64,000 nt of DNA from Fistulifera solaris (lineage: Eukaryota). Below, piece after piece: positions 13,616 through 27,064 of this stretch (within the stretch, counting starts at the first letter, position 1; each line of letters begins with the position of its first letter). Location of the stretch: the NCBI GenBank assembly GCA_030295235.1, contig AP026147.1, forward strand, positions 372,001 through 436,000, read 5' to 3'. The notes beneath the pieces were generated by a model. The model ran no database searches. It was not told the DNA's origin and worked only from the letters and a program-made list of their open reading frames with translations. The position numbers and the translations under genes were made by a program.

Positions 13616-14098
13616 TTTTGTGTTGACGGTTCGAACGGTGTCCACGGCAACGCCTTCTCCGACTAAAACCGGTAGTCCTTCGTTGGTTCTACTACAGTCG
13701 AATGGATTTTTGAATGAACAGAGAAAGAGGCTACAAGAGGAGAATGAACTACAGACAATAGAACAGAAATGAGAGACGGCAGCAATACTGGTAAACAATG
13801 CTGATGGCGTTCCGATATCTTTTTCGAGGGCGGGTGAAAGACAGACCGTTGCGCGACAAAATGCGCGAGGAAAATGGAAAATACACGTCATTCGCTCGTC
13901 CGCCGTACGTCAGTGACTCACAACAACAACGAAACGAAACAACAAAACGACGTTTGCGAAGGTTGAAAATGAAAATGAATCATCGTCGTCGAGCGGATTC
14001 TTTCTCTTCTCGTTGAGCTGAAAAAGAGTTCGTATTCTTTTATTTATTTGATACCGCTGTTTTGTCAAGAATAGGACACGAATTTATACAACAATATC

Positions 14099-16989
14099 AT
14101 GTTGCTGAGGATACGCCTCACGCACCTCCTTTTTCTGTTATCGATTGGCATTTCCTACGGATTTGTTCCGCAGACTACACCCTTTCATCGAAAGACATCA
14201 TTATCGGCGAGGTATACTCCTCCTCTGACACCTCCGCCTCCTCCACCGACACCGGAACCTGTAGAAGGATGGATGCAAGAGGCGACCAAAACGTTAAACG
14301 AACTTATATCGAACGGTCCACAATATGCCGATCTATCTCGTTGGTCGACAAAAACCAGCGCCGCTTTGCAAAACCTAATGAGTACAATTGAACTCAAGGA
14401 ACAAATTAACACATTACGGTCACAAATGGATTCACTGGATGCCGCCGTTTTACAAGAGATTGCCACCGTCACCAATCAATTCCAGGCACTGGTCGAGCAA
14501 GAATACCCTCTATTGAGTCCCTACATACAACAAATACAAACGGCTATGCCACTCCAATTAACGAGCGGTATCACGTTCCTGATGGCTTCGGTTCTTTCCG
14601 TACTGTTTGCGGGAAGTCTGTGGGATTATTCGCAACGAGGACCGTCGCAGCCCTATCCCACCGGACGATACGATCCCGATACGGCGCGTGCGTATTTTGA
14701 TCGTCGGCTTCCCTTGGTCCTGGCGCGGGGATTGTCCATTGCGTTGCAGTCCTTGCAATTCGGTATCGGTATACTCAGTGATAAAGTGTTGTAAGTCGAG
14801 AGTGCAGTAGGTTAGCCACAGGAAAGCGTGTTCTCACCTTACTATTCTTTCATCATCCGTCACAGAAACAAGGAAGAAGAGAATTCATATCAACGAGGAC
14901 GTGAATTGGCCATACTGTTGACGAAATTAGGACCAACGTTCATCAAAGTGGGTCAATCACTTTCGATTCGCACTGATTTGTTGTCACCCGCCTACATTCG
15001 GGGGTTGGAAACGCTGCAGGACCAGGTGCCGGCGTTTGATACGGCCATTGCCACACGCATCTTGGAACAGGAGTGGGGCCGGCCCGTCAGTCAAGTCTTG
15101 GCGGAACCACTTTCGTCCAAACCCATTGCCGCGGCGAGTTTGGGTCAAGTCTATAAAGCTAAATTGAAACCGGACGGAGAAGAAGTGGCGATCAAAGTGC
15201 AGCGGCCCGATATTACGGAACAAATTGCCCTGGATATGTATTTGGTGCGCAATTTTGCGACTATTGCCAAATCATTCTTTAATCTCAACACCGACACGGT
15301 AGGGACGGTGGATGCTTGGGGTGTTGGATTCGTTGACGAACTGGATTACATGGAGGAAGCGCGCAACGCGGAGTTCTTTTCGAGCAAAATTGCCGAGACA
15401 CCACTCCGTGAAGTCGTGTTTGCTCCGACTGTGGTCGATTCACTCAGCACGCGTTGTGTTCTGGTATCGGAGTGGGTTGACGGAGAGCGGTTGGATCGTA
15501 GCACGTCGGAAGATGTCAGCGTACTCTGCAGCATCGCCATGAACACGTATTTGACGATGCTGTTGGAAATGTCCATTCTGCACTGTGATCCGCATCCCGG
15601 GAACCTTTTGCGTGTCAAGAAAGACGGACGACTGTGTATTTTAGACTGGGGCATGGTGACTCGCTTGGAACCAGGCTTGCAACTGACCTTGATTGAGCAC
15701 ATGGCGCATTTGACCAGTTCAGACTATGCTGAAATTCCTCGCGACTTACTGTTACTAGGTTTCATTCCGGAAAGTAAAGCCGATATGATTGAAGATAGTG
15801 GAGTAGTAGATGTACTTGCCGACATTTACGGAGCCTGGTCGGCCGGCGGTGGAGCTGCAGCGATTAATGTCCCCGATGTTATCAATCAACTTCAAGATTT
15901 GACTTCCAAGAACGGCAACTTATTCCAAATTCCACCGTATTTTGCCTACATTGCCAAAAAGTTTCTCTGTGTTGGAAGGTATTGGGCTCAGCAATGATCC
16001 AAAGTATTCCATCATCAACGAGTGTTTGCCGTATGTTTCCAATCGGCTTATTACCGACAAAGAGAATATGGGTCCTGCTTTATCAACGTTCATCTTTGGA
16101 CCTGAGAAATCTAACAAAGACCGGATTGTCAGCTACAAACGCGTGAAACAGCTCATGGAAGGCTTTGGCGAGTTTACTACGTCAAGTTCGGGCGCGTTGC
16201 TGGGAAAGAACAACTTTACGCGGACCGAGTTACTGGATGAAACTACAGATCAAATCATGGATCTTTTGTTTTCTGACGAGGAGACACCACTGCAACAAAT
16301 TCTGCTAGAACAAGTGGCCAAGGTGGTTACTTCTAGTGGTCGCTATATTCTCACGAATGTGCGAGAGCAGTCGGGTATTCTTCCGACGGGACGTACGCTT
16401 CTAGGAACTTTGGTGGATCCACTGGGATTCTGGCGAACGAGTCCACTTGTTCGAATGAATGAACTCGACGAAAAAACCATTAATACAACCAGACAGATTG
16501 TTCAACTATTCCAAGAGCAAGCACAAAAGACAAACAATCCTGTTTTTGACCTTTCCAATTTGACCCGGGAAGAGACAACAGCGATAGTGTCCATGCTGGT
16601 TCGAAAGTAAGTGTGTTTCGTCTACTGACTTTACAGCTTGCTTCATTTATTTCTCAAACTCTATTTATTACAGAATATGGAGTCGTCGCACGGGCATTCT
16701 ACAAACATCAAACCGATTTGCACGCCAACTATTGCTGCTCACCGCGGAGAAGCTCGAATTGGGCGAGCGCGATTCAAGAATAGTACCGAAGCGGTTACCG
16801 CCGGTGGATTCCAACAATAACAGTGGTGAAGGGACCCAGTTACCATTGACTCTTCCAGCGACAGCGGTGTCAAAGGAAAGCAGTCGTTTGCAAAGTGCTC
16901 GAGCACTACTCGACAGCTTGCAGAAGGACGCGACATCTGACCTTGCACCTATGCCTGCTTCGAACCAACCTAGCACGACACAACGGTAG
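14099..16989 (+). CDS. ABC1/UbiB-family atypical kinase (ABC1K), probably plastid-targeted
   Basis: LGPTFIKVGQSLSIR, PIAAASLGQVY, VAIKVQRP, HCDPHPGN, ILDWGM; introns 14791-14865 and 16607-16673; A-run indel ~15958; signal peptide ending SYG-F. Confidence 0.92.
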
Positions 16990-17139
16990 AACCAAAAGCC
17001 GAATATAACTACGATAACGAACTACAATAGTTTTATTCCTACACGTGGAACACGCTTATGTCTCAACAAAGGCGCAAAGAAGGAGCAGATAACTATTTGT
17101 TATTGAATAGACTCATCAACGATTTGATTCAACACATTC

Positions 17140-17701
17140 TTAATTCTCGTCCCCCATAATCATCTTCGCACAAGACAAAACACCCAAGAATGTATTGACA
17201 ACAATTCCATGCCACATGTACTTGGCCAATTTCGAACTGTATCGCTGACTGGCATCACCCTCTCCGGCGGCGTAGCCGTTGCTGAACGCCACTCGACCCG
17301 CACAAAGAGCGTGGTCGCCAGAGCCGTCGAGAGGGGGAAATTCCAAGCCGCCACGAGAGACGACAGGATGACTTGCGGGAAGGTTTCGAAAATTTGTTGA
17401 TGCGCGCGTTGCACGCAATTGAACGCTCGGGCGTGTTTCGAAGTTCCCTGGGCGTACAAGTTGGGCAAGTCGTAGCGTTCGGCCACTTCGGTTTCACCAT
17501 CTTTTCGGCGAGTTCTTTGTATTTGCGACGCGCGGCTCCGACTTTCATCCCAAACGTTAGAACCCAAAAGCCCATCCCAATCAAGATGGTCGGCGTGACG
17601 GCGTAGTATTGCAAGTTGCCTTTTCCCTTGGGGGCCAACTTGGATTCCATGTAGGATAATCCACAAGCGGCGACTCCGCACTGAGCAAGAAGGGATGCCA
17701 T
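17140..17701 (-). CDS. MAPEG family protein (microsomal glutathione S-transferase 3-like)
   Basis: KVGAARRKY..PNLYA..FNCVQRAHQQIFETFP..GYAAGEGDASQRY; two frameshifts. Confidence 0.85.
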
Positions 17702-18266
17702 GATTAGATTTTGTAAAATGAACTGGATTGCAAACGAATGATTGTGTGAAATAATGAAATGATGGAATAAATGCGCTACGATCGTCTTGTATTGCCAGTA
17801 TCGAGGATGAACGAAAATAGAATGGAAATCCGGACTGACGTCATAGATCGGAAAACGAAGTACACCTTGTCGTACAGTGACGTAATAACCTTACATAATT
17901 GATCAGCACGCGCCATGGCGCGACGAGCATTGTTATGAGAAAACAACATTACGGATTACGGCTATGGTTCTTTCGACTCCGAGGGTCATCGCGGAAGCCG
18001 ATCGATCGAATGAAAAATGTCCGATCCAGGAAGAAGTTGTTGTTGCTGTTACCAAGATCCGTTCAATCCATTCTTGCTCTTTGGTTGGTTTCGATTGTAG
18101 CCCAGTCCAGCAAAAGCATACCCGCGAACCAGCAAACTATCGGGCTCTGAAAAACGAGAAGCAAAGATCGCATTCTTTCGGCTCGGAATCATTTTTTCAC
18201 CTCGTAAGAAGAAACAGGTATCATTCTTTGCTCTGATCGTCATTACTATTGCTGACAAGCAATAAT

Positions 18267-19661
18267 ATGAGACAATTCCCTCCCGACTTTTTGTGGGGAA
18301 CGGCTACCGCCGCGTACCAGATTGAAGGTGCCGCGCAATTGGACGGCCGCGGTCCCAGCATTTGGGATGCCTTTTCCCAAATCCCCGGCAAAACACACCA
18401 AGGTCACACGGGTGACGTCGCCTGCGATCATTATCATCGCTTCCGAGAAGATGTGGCTCTGCTGAAAACGATGAACGTCCAGTGTTATCGATTTTCAATT
18501 TCGTGGCCGCGACTTCTTCCCCAAGGACGCGGTGCCGTGAACGAAAAAGGTGTCGAATTTTACAATCAACTCATTGATCTGTTGCTCGAAAACAACATTC
18601 AACCATGGGTAACATTGTTTCATTGGGATTTGCCACTCGCCTTACAGATGGAAATGGATGGCCTACTGAATCCCGATATTGCCACGTGCTTTGCCGATTA
18701 TGCGCGTCTTTGTTTTGCGCGCTTTGGCGATCGCGTGAAGCACTGGATCACCCTCAATGAACCGTGGTGCAGCGCCGTCTTGGGTCACGGCAATGGCTAC
18801 TTTGCCCCGGGACGTGTCTCGAATACAGAACCGTACGTGGCGGCGCACAATCTATTGCGCGCTCACGCGTACATGGTGGATGTGTACCGTCGTGAATTTC
18901 AGGCAACGCAAGGCGGCGTGATTGGCATTACGAACAATTGTGATTGGCATGAGCCCTTGACGGATTCCGCGGCAGACCGTGCGGCCGCCCAGCGGGCTCT
19001 CGAGTTTTCGTTGGGTTGGTTTGCCGATCCGATCTACTTGGGGGATTATCCGCCCAGTATGCGCGAGCAACTCGGATCCAAATTACCCGAATTCAGCGAA
19101 AGAGACCGAGCGTTATTGCGGGGATCGTCGGATTTTTTTGGCCTGAATCATTACAATACCAACATGTCGGCAGCCCGACCCGACGATCATCCCCCCGATC
19201 AAAATGGCGGTATCTTTCAAGATATGTACAATTGCGAAGGATATCATGTCGAACTGGTGACCGATCCTTCATGGAAACAAACCGACATGGGGTGGAATAT
19301 TGTGCCTTGGGGGATTCGAAAATTGCTGGAATGGATTGACCGTCGCTACAGTCATCCGCCCATTTACATTACCGAAAACGGTTGTGCCATGCCCGGAGAA
19401 GACGATCGAGAAGTCGCTCTAAATGATAAAGGCCGTCTCAAGTTCTTTCAACGCTACATTGGAGCTTGTCATGAGGCCATTGAAAACGGAGTCGATTTAA
19501 GAGGTTACATGTGCTGGAGTATGTTGGATAACTTCGAGTGGGCGCACGGCTACAGCAAGCGTTTCGGCTTGACTTGGGTCGATTTTGCAACGGGTGAGCG
19601 CTGTCCTAAGGCGTCCTTTCGATGGTATTCGAATGTTTGCAAAACTAATAGTCTAGAGTGA
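18267..19661 (+). CDS. Glycoside hydrolase family 1 beta-glucosidase
   Basis: FPPDFLWGTATAAYQIEG, TLNEP (acid/base), YITENG (nucleophile), DNFEW; intronless. Confidence 0.97.
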   Translation: MRQFPPDFLWGTATAAYQIEGAAQLDGRGPSIWDAFSQIPGKTHQGHTGDVACDHYHRFREDVALLKTMNVQCYRFSISWPRLLPQGRGAVNEKGVEFYNQLIDLLLENNIQPWVTLFHWDLPLALQMEMDGLLNPDIATCFADYARLCFARFGDRVKHWITLNEPWCSAVLGHGNGYFAPGRVSNTEPYVAAHNLLRAHAYMVDVYRREFQATQGGVIGITNNCDWHEPLTDSAADRAAAQRALEFSLGWFADPIYLGDYPPSMREQLGSKLPEFSERDRALLRGSSDFFGLNHYNTNMSAARPDDHPPDQNGGIFQDMYNCEGYHVELVTDPSWKQTDMGWNIVPWGIRKLLEWIDRRYSHPPIYITENGCAMPGEDDREVALNDKGRLKFFQRYIGACHEAIENGVDLRGYMCWSMLDNFEWAHGYSKRFGLTWVDFATGERCPKASFRWYSNVCKTNSLE

Positions 19662-20266
19662 ACAAACTAGCTTTGATTACAACTATTTGCTAGTTGACCA
19701 CTTTATCTTCTAACGAAAGGAAAGAATTGGCAAGCTCGCTTTATAGCTAGGAATTGGGAATCATCTTCCGCACAAGCGTTAAAACTTGATTTTCCCAAAT
19801 TCCATTTCGAGCACGTGCGATCGTGCGCGCATTCGGGATATGTTCTGTAGAACCGAAGAGTAGTGTTCCGTGATTCACACGTCAGTCTTTCACGTTCGTT
19901 TTTCACGCACCTCCTTCCATTTTGGATCAACTTCGGGAAGCAAACCGCGCGGAGTGTAGAACAGTGCTAAATACCGGTGCGCCATGAGGAAAGTACAATC
20001 TTTGGTACATAATAGGACAGAGTAAAAGTTGGGGTTCTCGTTGCAGCGTGCGAGCCGATCCAGTCAGAACGGCAGACCAAAATCAGGCAAGAAAATGTTT
20101 TCTGGATGAGCGGCCATTTGTCATAAAATCCGGACAAGACAGAGACGAAAGCGTCGTCGGCATTCCTATTCTTACTGCCGCCTTGCACTTCCTTTGGTAG
20201 CTGCAACCTTGAATATTTCATCTCGTGGGCTTTTCATAATACAATTACCGTATCCGTTCCTTTAAT

Positions 20267-21979
20267 ATGATTCGTATCATCAAGCCGTCGACTGCCAAAC
20301 TTCAACGCTCCTCACGCAGCCGTCTCCTCAGTTGCTGGAAACTACGAGCCGCCGCTTTTTCGACCAAAAATGGCGATGAACGCTTACTAGTCATTGGTTC
20401 TGGCGTTGCCGGTTCCGCCGCCGCCTTGATTGCGGCAGAAAACTACAAACTACCCGTCAGCATGTTGTATGCGGGCGCGTTACCGACAGATTGTAATTCG
20501 TATTGGGCACAGGGAGGTATTATTTACGAAGGAAAAGAGGGCGACGACTCTCCCGAGCTGTTGGCGGCCGATATTCATCGTGCCGGGGCCGGCTTGTGCC
20601 GTGACCCGGCCGTGCAGTTGGTGGCGCGTCGTGGACCGGAACGGGTCCGTGAACTCTTGTTGAAGGGACATCCGTTCGCGCAGGTTCCTTTTGATCGCAA
20701 CGCCGAAACAGGTGCCTTGAGTTTGTGTTTGGAAGCGAGTCATTCGGCGCCTCGCATTTTGCATCAAGCCGATCATACCGGTCGCACTATTACCCAGCAT
20801 TTAGCGCAGGCTGTTGCCCAGCATCCGCTCATTCAGCAACATTCGCACACGGTGGTGACCGATCTCATCGTCGAAGATAATATTTGTTTGGGTGTCAACA
20901 CATTGGACCGCAGTACGGGTATGACGCAGCAAATGTTGGGAACTCATGGCACTATTTTGTGCGCGGGTGGTTTGGGTGGCATTTATCAACATTCGACGAA
21001 TCCTCCGGGTTTCAACGCTTTGGGCAGCAGCGTGGCTCTGGCGAAACGTGCTGGAGTCATTACGCAGGACTTGGAATTCGTCCAGTTTCATCCCACGGCT
21101 TTGTACATTCCCAAGGAAGCACGTTTCTTGCTCACAGAGGCTCTCCGCGGTGAGGGTGCGATCTTGCGCAATTCATCCGGATATGCCTTTGCCAAGGACT
21201 ATCATCCTGACGGAGAGCTAGCTCCGCGGGATGTTGTGGCACGTGCCGTTTTTGAAGAATCCCAGCGCGGCACTGTTTATCTCGACATCACTCATCGTGA
21301 TGCGACCTGGTTGCATCAACGATTCCCTTCAATTCAACAGCATTTGCAGCAGCATGGCCTGGATTTGGCCAAGCATCAATTGCCCATTACTCCTGCAGCA
21401 CATTATACCTGTGGTGGAGTTGCTACGGATTTGCAGGGTCGCACCAATGTGTTGAACTTGTACGCCGCGGGCGAAGCAGCGTGCACCGGATTGCATGGTG
21501 GTAACCGTCTCGCCAGTACTTCGCTTTTGGAAGGTCTCGTCTTCGGTGCTGCCGTTGCGGATCATGTCGGCTCCGAAGAAGCGAGAGCCGTCGCTGCGTC
21601 GGCCGCATCGAATGTACTCAACTACAAGGTCCCGAACACGGCTTTGCCTTTGGAACCCAACCACATTCAGAACGCCGGTATCGCTGCTTTGGAGTTGTTG
21701 CAACGCGTTCGCAGTACGATGTGGGATCACGTTGGTGTTGCACGCACTCCAGCGGGTCTCGAACGCGCTTTGGAAGAATTGAATGACGTTACTGGCGAAA
21801 TCGGAACGTTGCATTCCATGGGACCGACGTTGGAGACGGCCGCTGTTCGCGACGCGGCCTGTGCCGGCGCTGCCGTAGCTCACGCCGCGTTGCAGAATCG
21901 CCACTCGGTGGGAGCCCATTTCATCACCGTGGACGCTGAGAGCGACACGGACGACGATGTCATGGTCGCCTCGGATTAA
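20267..21979 (+). CDS. nadB: L-aspartate oxidase (NAD de novo synthesis)
   Basis: VIGSGVAG FAD motif, SYWAQGGI, LEFVQFHPT, LLTEALRGEG, HYTCGG, GLHGGNRLASTSLLE. Confidence 0.93.
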   Translation: MIRIIKPSTAKLQRSSRSRLLSCWKLRAAAFSTKNGDERLLVIGSGVAGSAAALIAAENYKLPVSMLYAGALPTDCNSYWAQGGIIYEGKEGDDSPELLAADIHRAGAGLCRDPAVQLVARRGPERVRELLLKGHPFAQVPFDRNAETGALSLCLEASHSAPRILHQADHTGRTITQHLAQAVAQHPLIQQHSHTVVTDLIVEDNICLGVNTLDRSTGMTQQMLGTHGTILCAGGLGGIYQHSTNPPGFNALGSSVALAKRAGVITQDLEFVQFHPTALYIPKEARFLLTEALRGEGAILRNSSGYAFAKDYHPDGELAPRDVVARAVFEESQRGTVYLDITHRDATWLHQRFPSIQQHLQQHGLDLAKHQLPITPAAHYTCGGVATDLQGRTNVLNLYAAGEAACTGLHGGNRLASTSLLEGLVFGAAVADHVGSEEARAVAASAASNVLNYKVPNTALPLEPNHIQNAGIAALELLQRVRSTMWDHVGVARTPAGLERALEELNDVTGEIGTLHSMGPTLETAAVRDAACAGAAVAHAALQNRHSVGAHFITVDAESDTDDDVMVASD

Positions 21980-22141
21980 TACTTATCAAGACACGATGTC
22001 TTTTTTTTACAAACTAATCGAGAAACACAATATCTAAAAGAGACGCGTTAAATGTATGCATAGAATGGTTCTGCGATTTTAAAGTTATGATTTGTATAGA
22101 AATAAACTATTGTACTCATTTTTTTATTAGGATGATGGTGT

Positions 22142-23876
22142 TTAACGGGCTCTTGACCGCAACTGATCTCGAAGAGCCTGTCCACTCGCAGCTTGGTCTT
22201 TTGGTTTGCAGCCAAGATAAACCAGCGTCATGATATTCAGACAAAAGAAGATGTACACGAACACATTCTTTTGCCAAAAGAAAGAGAAGAATTTCAGATT
22301 TTGTGCTTGCACCCCGAAGATTTGGCGAATATCTGTAAAGGCCGCGTAATCGGCAAACGCATCTTGACAGAACTGCACCACCGGAAGCGAGCACAAAAGT
22401 ACCAGCGCGGTATTGAACATGAAGGACGACATGTAGGTCTTTCCAGGAATCATGGGATGAATGTGAAAGAAGAAGAACCGAAGTCCAAACTTGAAGCAGC
22501 CTTTGACAGCGCAGAGTAGCAAATAGCTTGTGAACAAAGCTACTGATAACACTCCGAACAACGGGAACCAGCTGTCAAATGACTTGAAGAAATTGTTGAG
22601 AAAGGGCGCCAGCGGAGGCGAAGGGAACACATACACAATAATGTGCAGGAACCAGAAAAGACTTATTATGACGGAAAAGCAGCCAAGCATCAAGTACAAA
22701 TACGGCATCAAAGGATTGTATTTGTCCTGATCCGTAGTGACTGCTTTAAAGGCATCAACATCTTGCTCGAGTAGATAAACCGCTTGTTTGAATCCAAGCA
22801 CTGCTTGTCGTTCATCGCGTGCAGCTTTGCGTTTCTCAGCATCAAATGAAAACGTCGAGAACGCTCCGGCTAAACCGGCTTGAGCTTTCTCCTCACGCTC
22901 CACTTTGATCATCTCACCGACGTCGACTAATTCGTTGACTCGTTCGCGTAGATTGATTTGGATTTCTGCATACTCCACAGGATCCAAGTGCCGAGGACGA
23001 TTGGTATAGGCGAGAATCAAATCGAACGGCAGGGCCATGAGACCGATTCCTCCAAAAAGAGCAAACAGAAACCATCCCACCCAGGCCATTAAGTTTCCAA
23101 AAAACGTAGCGGCGCTCACTTCTAAGGTTAATTCAGCGGCCCCGTTGTCGACGACCGTCTTCAACCATTCCTCGTCCAGCGGGTTCATGTTGATTAAATC
23201 ATGAACGCGGAACGTTTTATTCTGGTTTGGATTGTACTCAAACGTATACGAATTCGTTTCTGTAATGATACCTATACCTCCTTTCAAAGTTCCGAGACCT
23301 TCATAATCTTGAATGGGTATATTGGTCTCTCCGAAAGCCGCGTACGAGCCCGCAAAGAACACCCCAACAATCGCCAATACAAAGAGCTCGTAACAAGCGG
23401 CTTGTCCTATTCGTGACTTCTTCACTGGATTCGGAGCATACGCCGTTCCGGCCATGAGCATACCATCGTCCGCTTCGTAGTAAAATGTCATGAAAGGGAT
23501 GAAAATGAACACCCAAATTGGAATCAATATGAACATGGTGTTCCACATCCCTTCTACGTTCAAGCCGCCGCAAAACTTGTCGTCATATCCCGCGCATCCT
23601 GTCAGAAAACGAGACACGGTTAGTTACTTTGCAAGCAAATAAGCCTGTCACATCATCTTTTTTAGGCGTACCGGCATAACCGTCCTTATTAGCCGTATCG
23701 AGGGGCAACATGAGCACCGTCGCTCCCGACAACGCAAATCCCAAAATCACGATCGCTTTCGGCAAATAAGCTTCATTGCTGTCATCCGGATGCTGATAGT
23801 AAACAATAAAGTACGCTGAGCCGATGAGAAGGATGACAAAGGCCACAATAATCGATATTACCAGAAAGGGGTTCAT
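22142..23876 (-). CDS. LMBR1-like membrane protein, copy 1
   Basis: YYQHPDD, IPFMTFYYEAD, FGGIGLMALP, TYMSSFMFN; intron 23599-23671. Confidence 0.9.
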
Positions 23877-24396
23877 GGTCAACTTTTTGATTAAATAATG
23901 ATGACCGTTTCGGGCGAACACGAAAACTGGAAAATGTCTCCAGGACCGTCTGCCCTATGCTACGCCACTCTGTGACCATTCTACTTTATTGTCGTATACT
24001 CCGTCATTCCCATGTAAAAGACTAATAATAATAGTGTGGAAGTTTGCACCCATCGTTGACAAGAAATTAAGAAGTGCCTTGCAAAGGCTGCTGGTGATGA
24101 TTTTGTATTGTAATTCTAAAACACTTTCGCTGACCAACTTCGCAGAGCTAACCGCGTTCAGCTACTATCATGATTCATGACTGGAACGCAGTCGTGGAAA
24201 ACTTGAGCCTGCACGCATTGGGCATTCGGTCTATTTTTTTCTATTTTTTTTAAAATTTCCGCAAGCATTGTCAGCTAGAACTATCAACAAAGTGCCTTGC
24301 AATTGATGCAGCGCGGTTGAAATTTTCATCCTTAGTTTTATGACCATTGTGACCTCTTTTACATTTACAACTATATGATTTGGAGCTTAGCGGTAC

Positions 24397-26437
24397 TTAT
24401 GAACCCCAATAATTCAAGTACTCTTGTTCCATCAAGTCGCGAAACCGGTCATCACCCCCTTTATGTAGCTTGTTCATTCGTCTGCTGTCTCTTTGAGATG
24501 ATCGGTGTCGCTTGTTACGGCCTCGGCGTCGTGTACTACCGGATACGGTACCTTTTGATTGGCCTTTGCCCTTTCCGCTGTTACCAGAGTCGTTCGATCT
24601 GCCTTTTCCTTTACCTTTACTCGAAAATGCTTTGCTAGAAGTTCCTTTACTGGGTGATGCCTTGGAGGATGATTTTTTAGTTGAAGATGTCTTTGTCGAA
24701 GAACCTTTACCTGACGATGCTTTGGCAGACGGTTTTTTACCGGATGACACTTTAGTGGAAGCACCCTTGTTCGAAGATGCCTTGGTTGAAGCGGCTTTGC
24801 TAGATGTTGTTTTAGAAGGCGCTCCTTTTCCCTTGCCGCCTGATTTGGACGACTCAGTCGTTGTGCCTTTGCCCTTTCCACCACCAGATTTACTTGCATA
24901 GTCGGGTTCAATGCATTCTGGATAGTCGTAGTCGTAGTCATCGTCCTCCTTATCGTCATCAGCATTATCGTCGTCTTCGTAATTATCATCGTCGTCGTAG
25001 TCATCGTCATCCGAATCATCTACGATATCACCGCTGGCATTGTCATCCACGTCACCGGAAATAGGTTCAAATGGACTCGGGCGTTTGGATGTCTTAGAAG
25101 TACCACCAGAGTTTTTGTTTTGGTAGTCCACGCGGCCAATCCCGAGAAGTCGTTCGGAGTGATGTCTTCCGATCCGGGACATGGCACCGTGGCTACCCTC
25201 CTTTGCTTCTGTTCAATTCCTTTTCCTTTGCCACTAACTGCACGCCCTGAATCGGTCCTGCCTTCTTCATAAGAGTCGTTCTCATTTGATTGTGCTCTAG
25301 ATCCGTTGTCTTTGCCGTTTCTGTCCCCATTTGATTTAGTAGATGATCCCTTCCCTTTACCATGCGTGTCCTCACCCGTTCCTGAAGGCGATCCTCGTCT
25401 TTTCCCTGAATCAATGGAAAGTTTAGAACGTCCTTTGTTCCGATCGGAGTGTTCCTTTCTCTTTTTCTCGTAGTTGCTCTTGCCCTTCACAGCTTTATTC
25501 TTCCCTTTGCCTCTTCGCTTACCAGATGGACAAATAATAATACTGGGAGGTGCTGTTGTCGATGGTTGTAGAACGGGAACGGAAGACGGCTCGTCCGATG
25601 TCACGGGAGAGTCGGTAGCTCCAGGCGATACAGGGGCTTCTGTGACAATGGACGGGGACGCAGTTGGAGCATTCTCCATGACTGGCGCTCGCGTCGTCTG
25701 GGAAGCCGAAGGGGAGGACGAGGGTTCTGCAGCTATAGGACAAACTTCTTCAGGAGGGTTTCCGAGATCCGTCTGAGAATGGAATTGGTGAGTTGAGTGC
25801 AATAGAGTATGACCGATGTGTCGTTTCACTAACTTACAAAGATGATCCAGCCCGCTTGCTGTCCGACGCGGAGGAGAGGAAAGACACCGCAATCATTGTT
25901 GTAAAGAATGGCAAACGTGTTGACGATCGCCTGATTCAGCGCATTTACTCCAATAAACACTAGCTGGATACCTCGCGGGAGTGAAGCAGGGTCCAATAAC
26001 TCCGGTTCTGTCGCGATGATTGACGTGTACGTGAACGTTGATCCTGATAGGAAAAGCCCAGTATTAACGGTTTGCGCGATAACATCCAAGTTCTGATCGA
26101 GCTCAAAGATCGAAACCTGTCCCACGGCAACGGGAAGTAAATCAGCATCTTCTTGATTTTGTTCTCCTCGAAGCTCAGTTAGACAGGTCGTATCCGTAAT
26201 TCCGGCTCCTCCGACGGATTGATCATCGCACGTTAATTCAAAATCGAATGTGAATTCATAAACTGAAGGCTGGCATGCACAGACATCGACACCGATCTGT
26301 TGCGCACGTGTAGATTGAACAAGGAGAAACAAGCATGCCAAAGAGGCGACCACGCTCTGAGAAACGCCTATGATCGACCTCCTTCGTCGTGATTTGTAGA
26401 TTGATGGGGTAGACATCCCAGAACGAAACACCACCAT
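24397..26437 (-). CDS. Secreted diatom protein: Cys-containing globular domain, PST linker, Lys/Ser/Gly-rich silaffin-like and Asp/Tyr-rich regions
   Basis: Signal-like SLACLFLLVQSTRA, CACQP..FTFDF domain, intron 25773-25837, frameshift ~25145, GKGKG motifs. Confidence 0.7.
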
Positions 26438-27064
26438 TGTCGTTACTATGAAGTTTCTTTGTTTTACTTGCGTTGTTGAAGCGGATGTAGTCACTAAAGG
26501 CGTCAAGCAGGCCTTCGCAGTCATCTCGGCGAGATCGAAATTGTGAACGAACAAATTTGTCGGCCTCGTCCGTTCTAGCAGATCGTTTTTCCGTTCAGGT
26601 GATAACATCGATCTTTTTGAAATTTCGAACGAGCGCGCGACCGAAGTATTTAACAAGGAAAATGTCCTAACGACATTAAAACAGTATAAATTTCGTCGAG
26701 GGAACAAGTATTGGGTACCGAGTCACAATAAGATGAGAGCGTGTGCAGGAAGCACCGAATACAAACGAGTGGGGAGTGCGAATGGGTTCACTCCAACCTC
26801 CAATCAAGCCCCCAAGATTCGAAATCCCACTTCCGAAGCCTTAGATTTATAAAGGAAAGCAGAAGCAGGACTTTCTGTCAATTGAAGTCCACCAGGGATG
26901 CAGAATGCACTGCAATGAATCTCTGGGGCCTTCCATTCTCCATACTTTTCGATCGAAAAATGAAACACGCACGATTCAGAGTCGTGGGGCATAGTTGTCT
27001 GTCAACTTCAATGCGTGACTAGCTAAGTAGGTAAGTCGTTCTACCTTAACTTTGCTCCTTTGCG

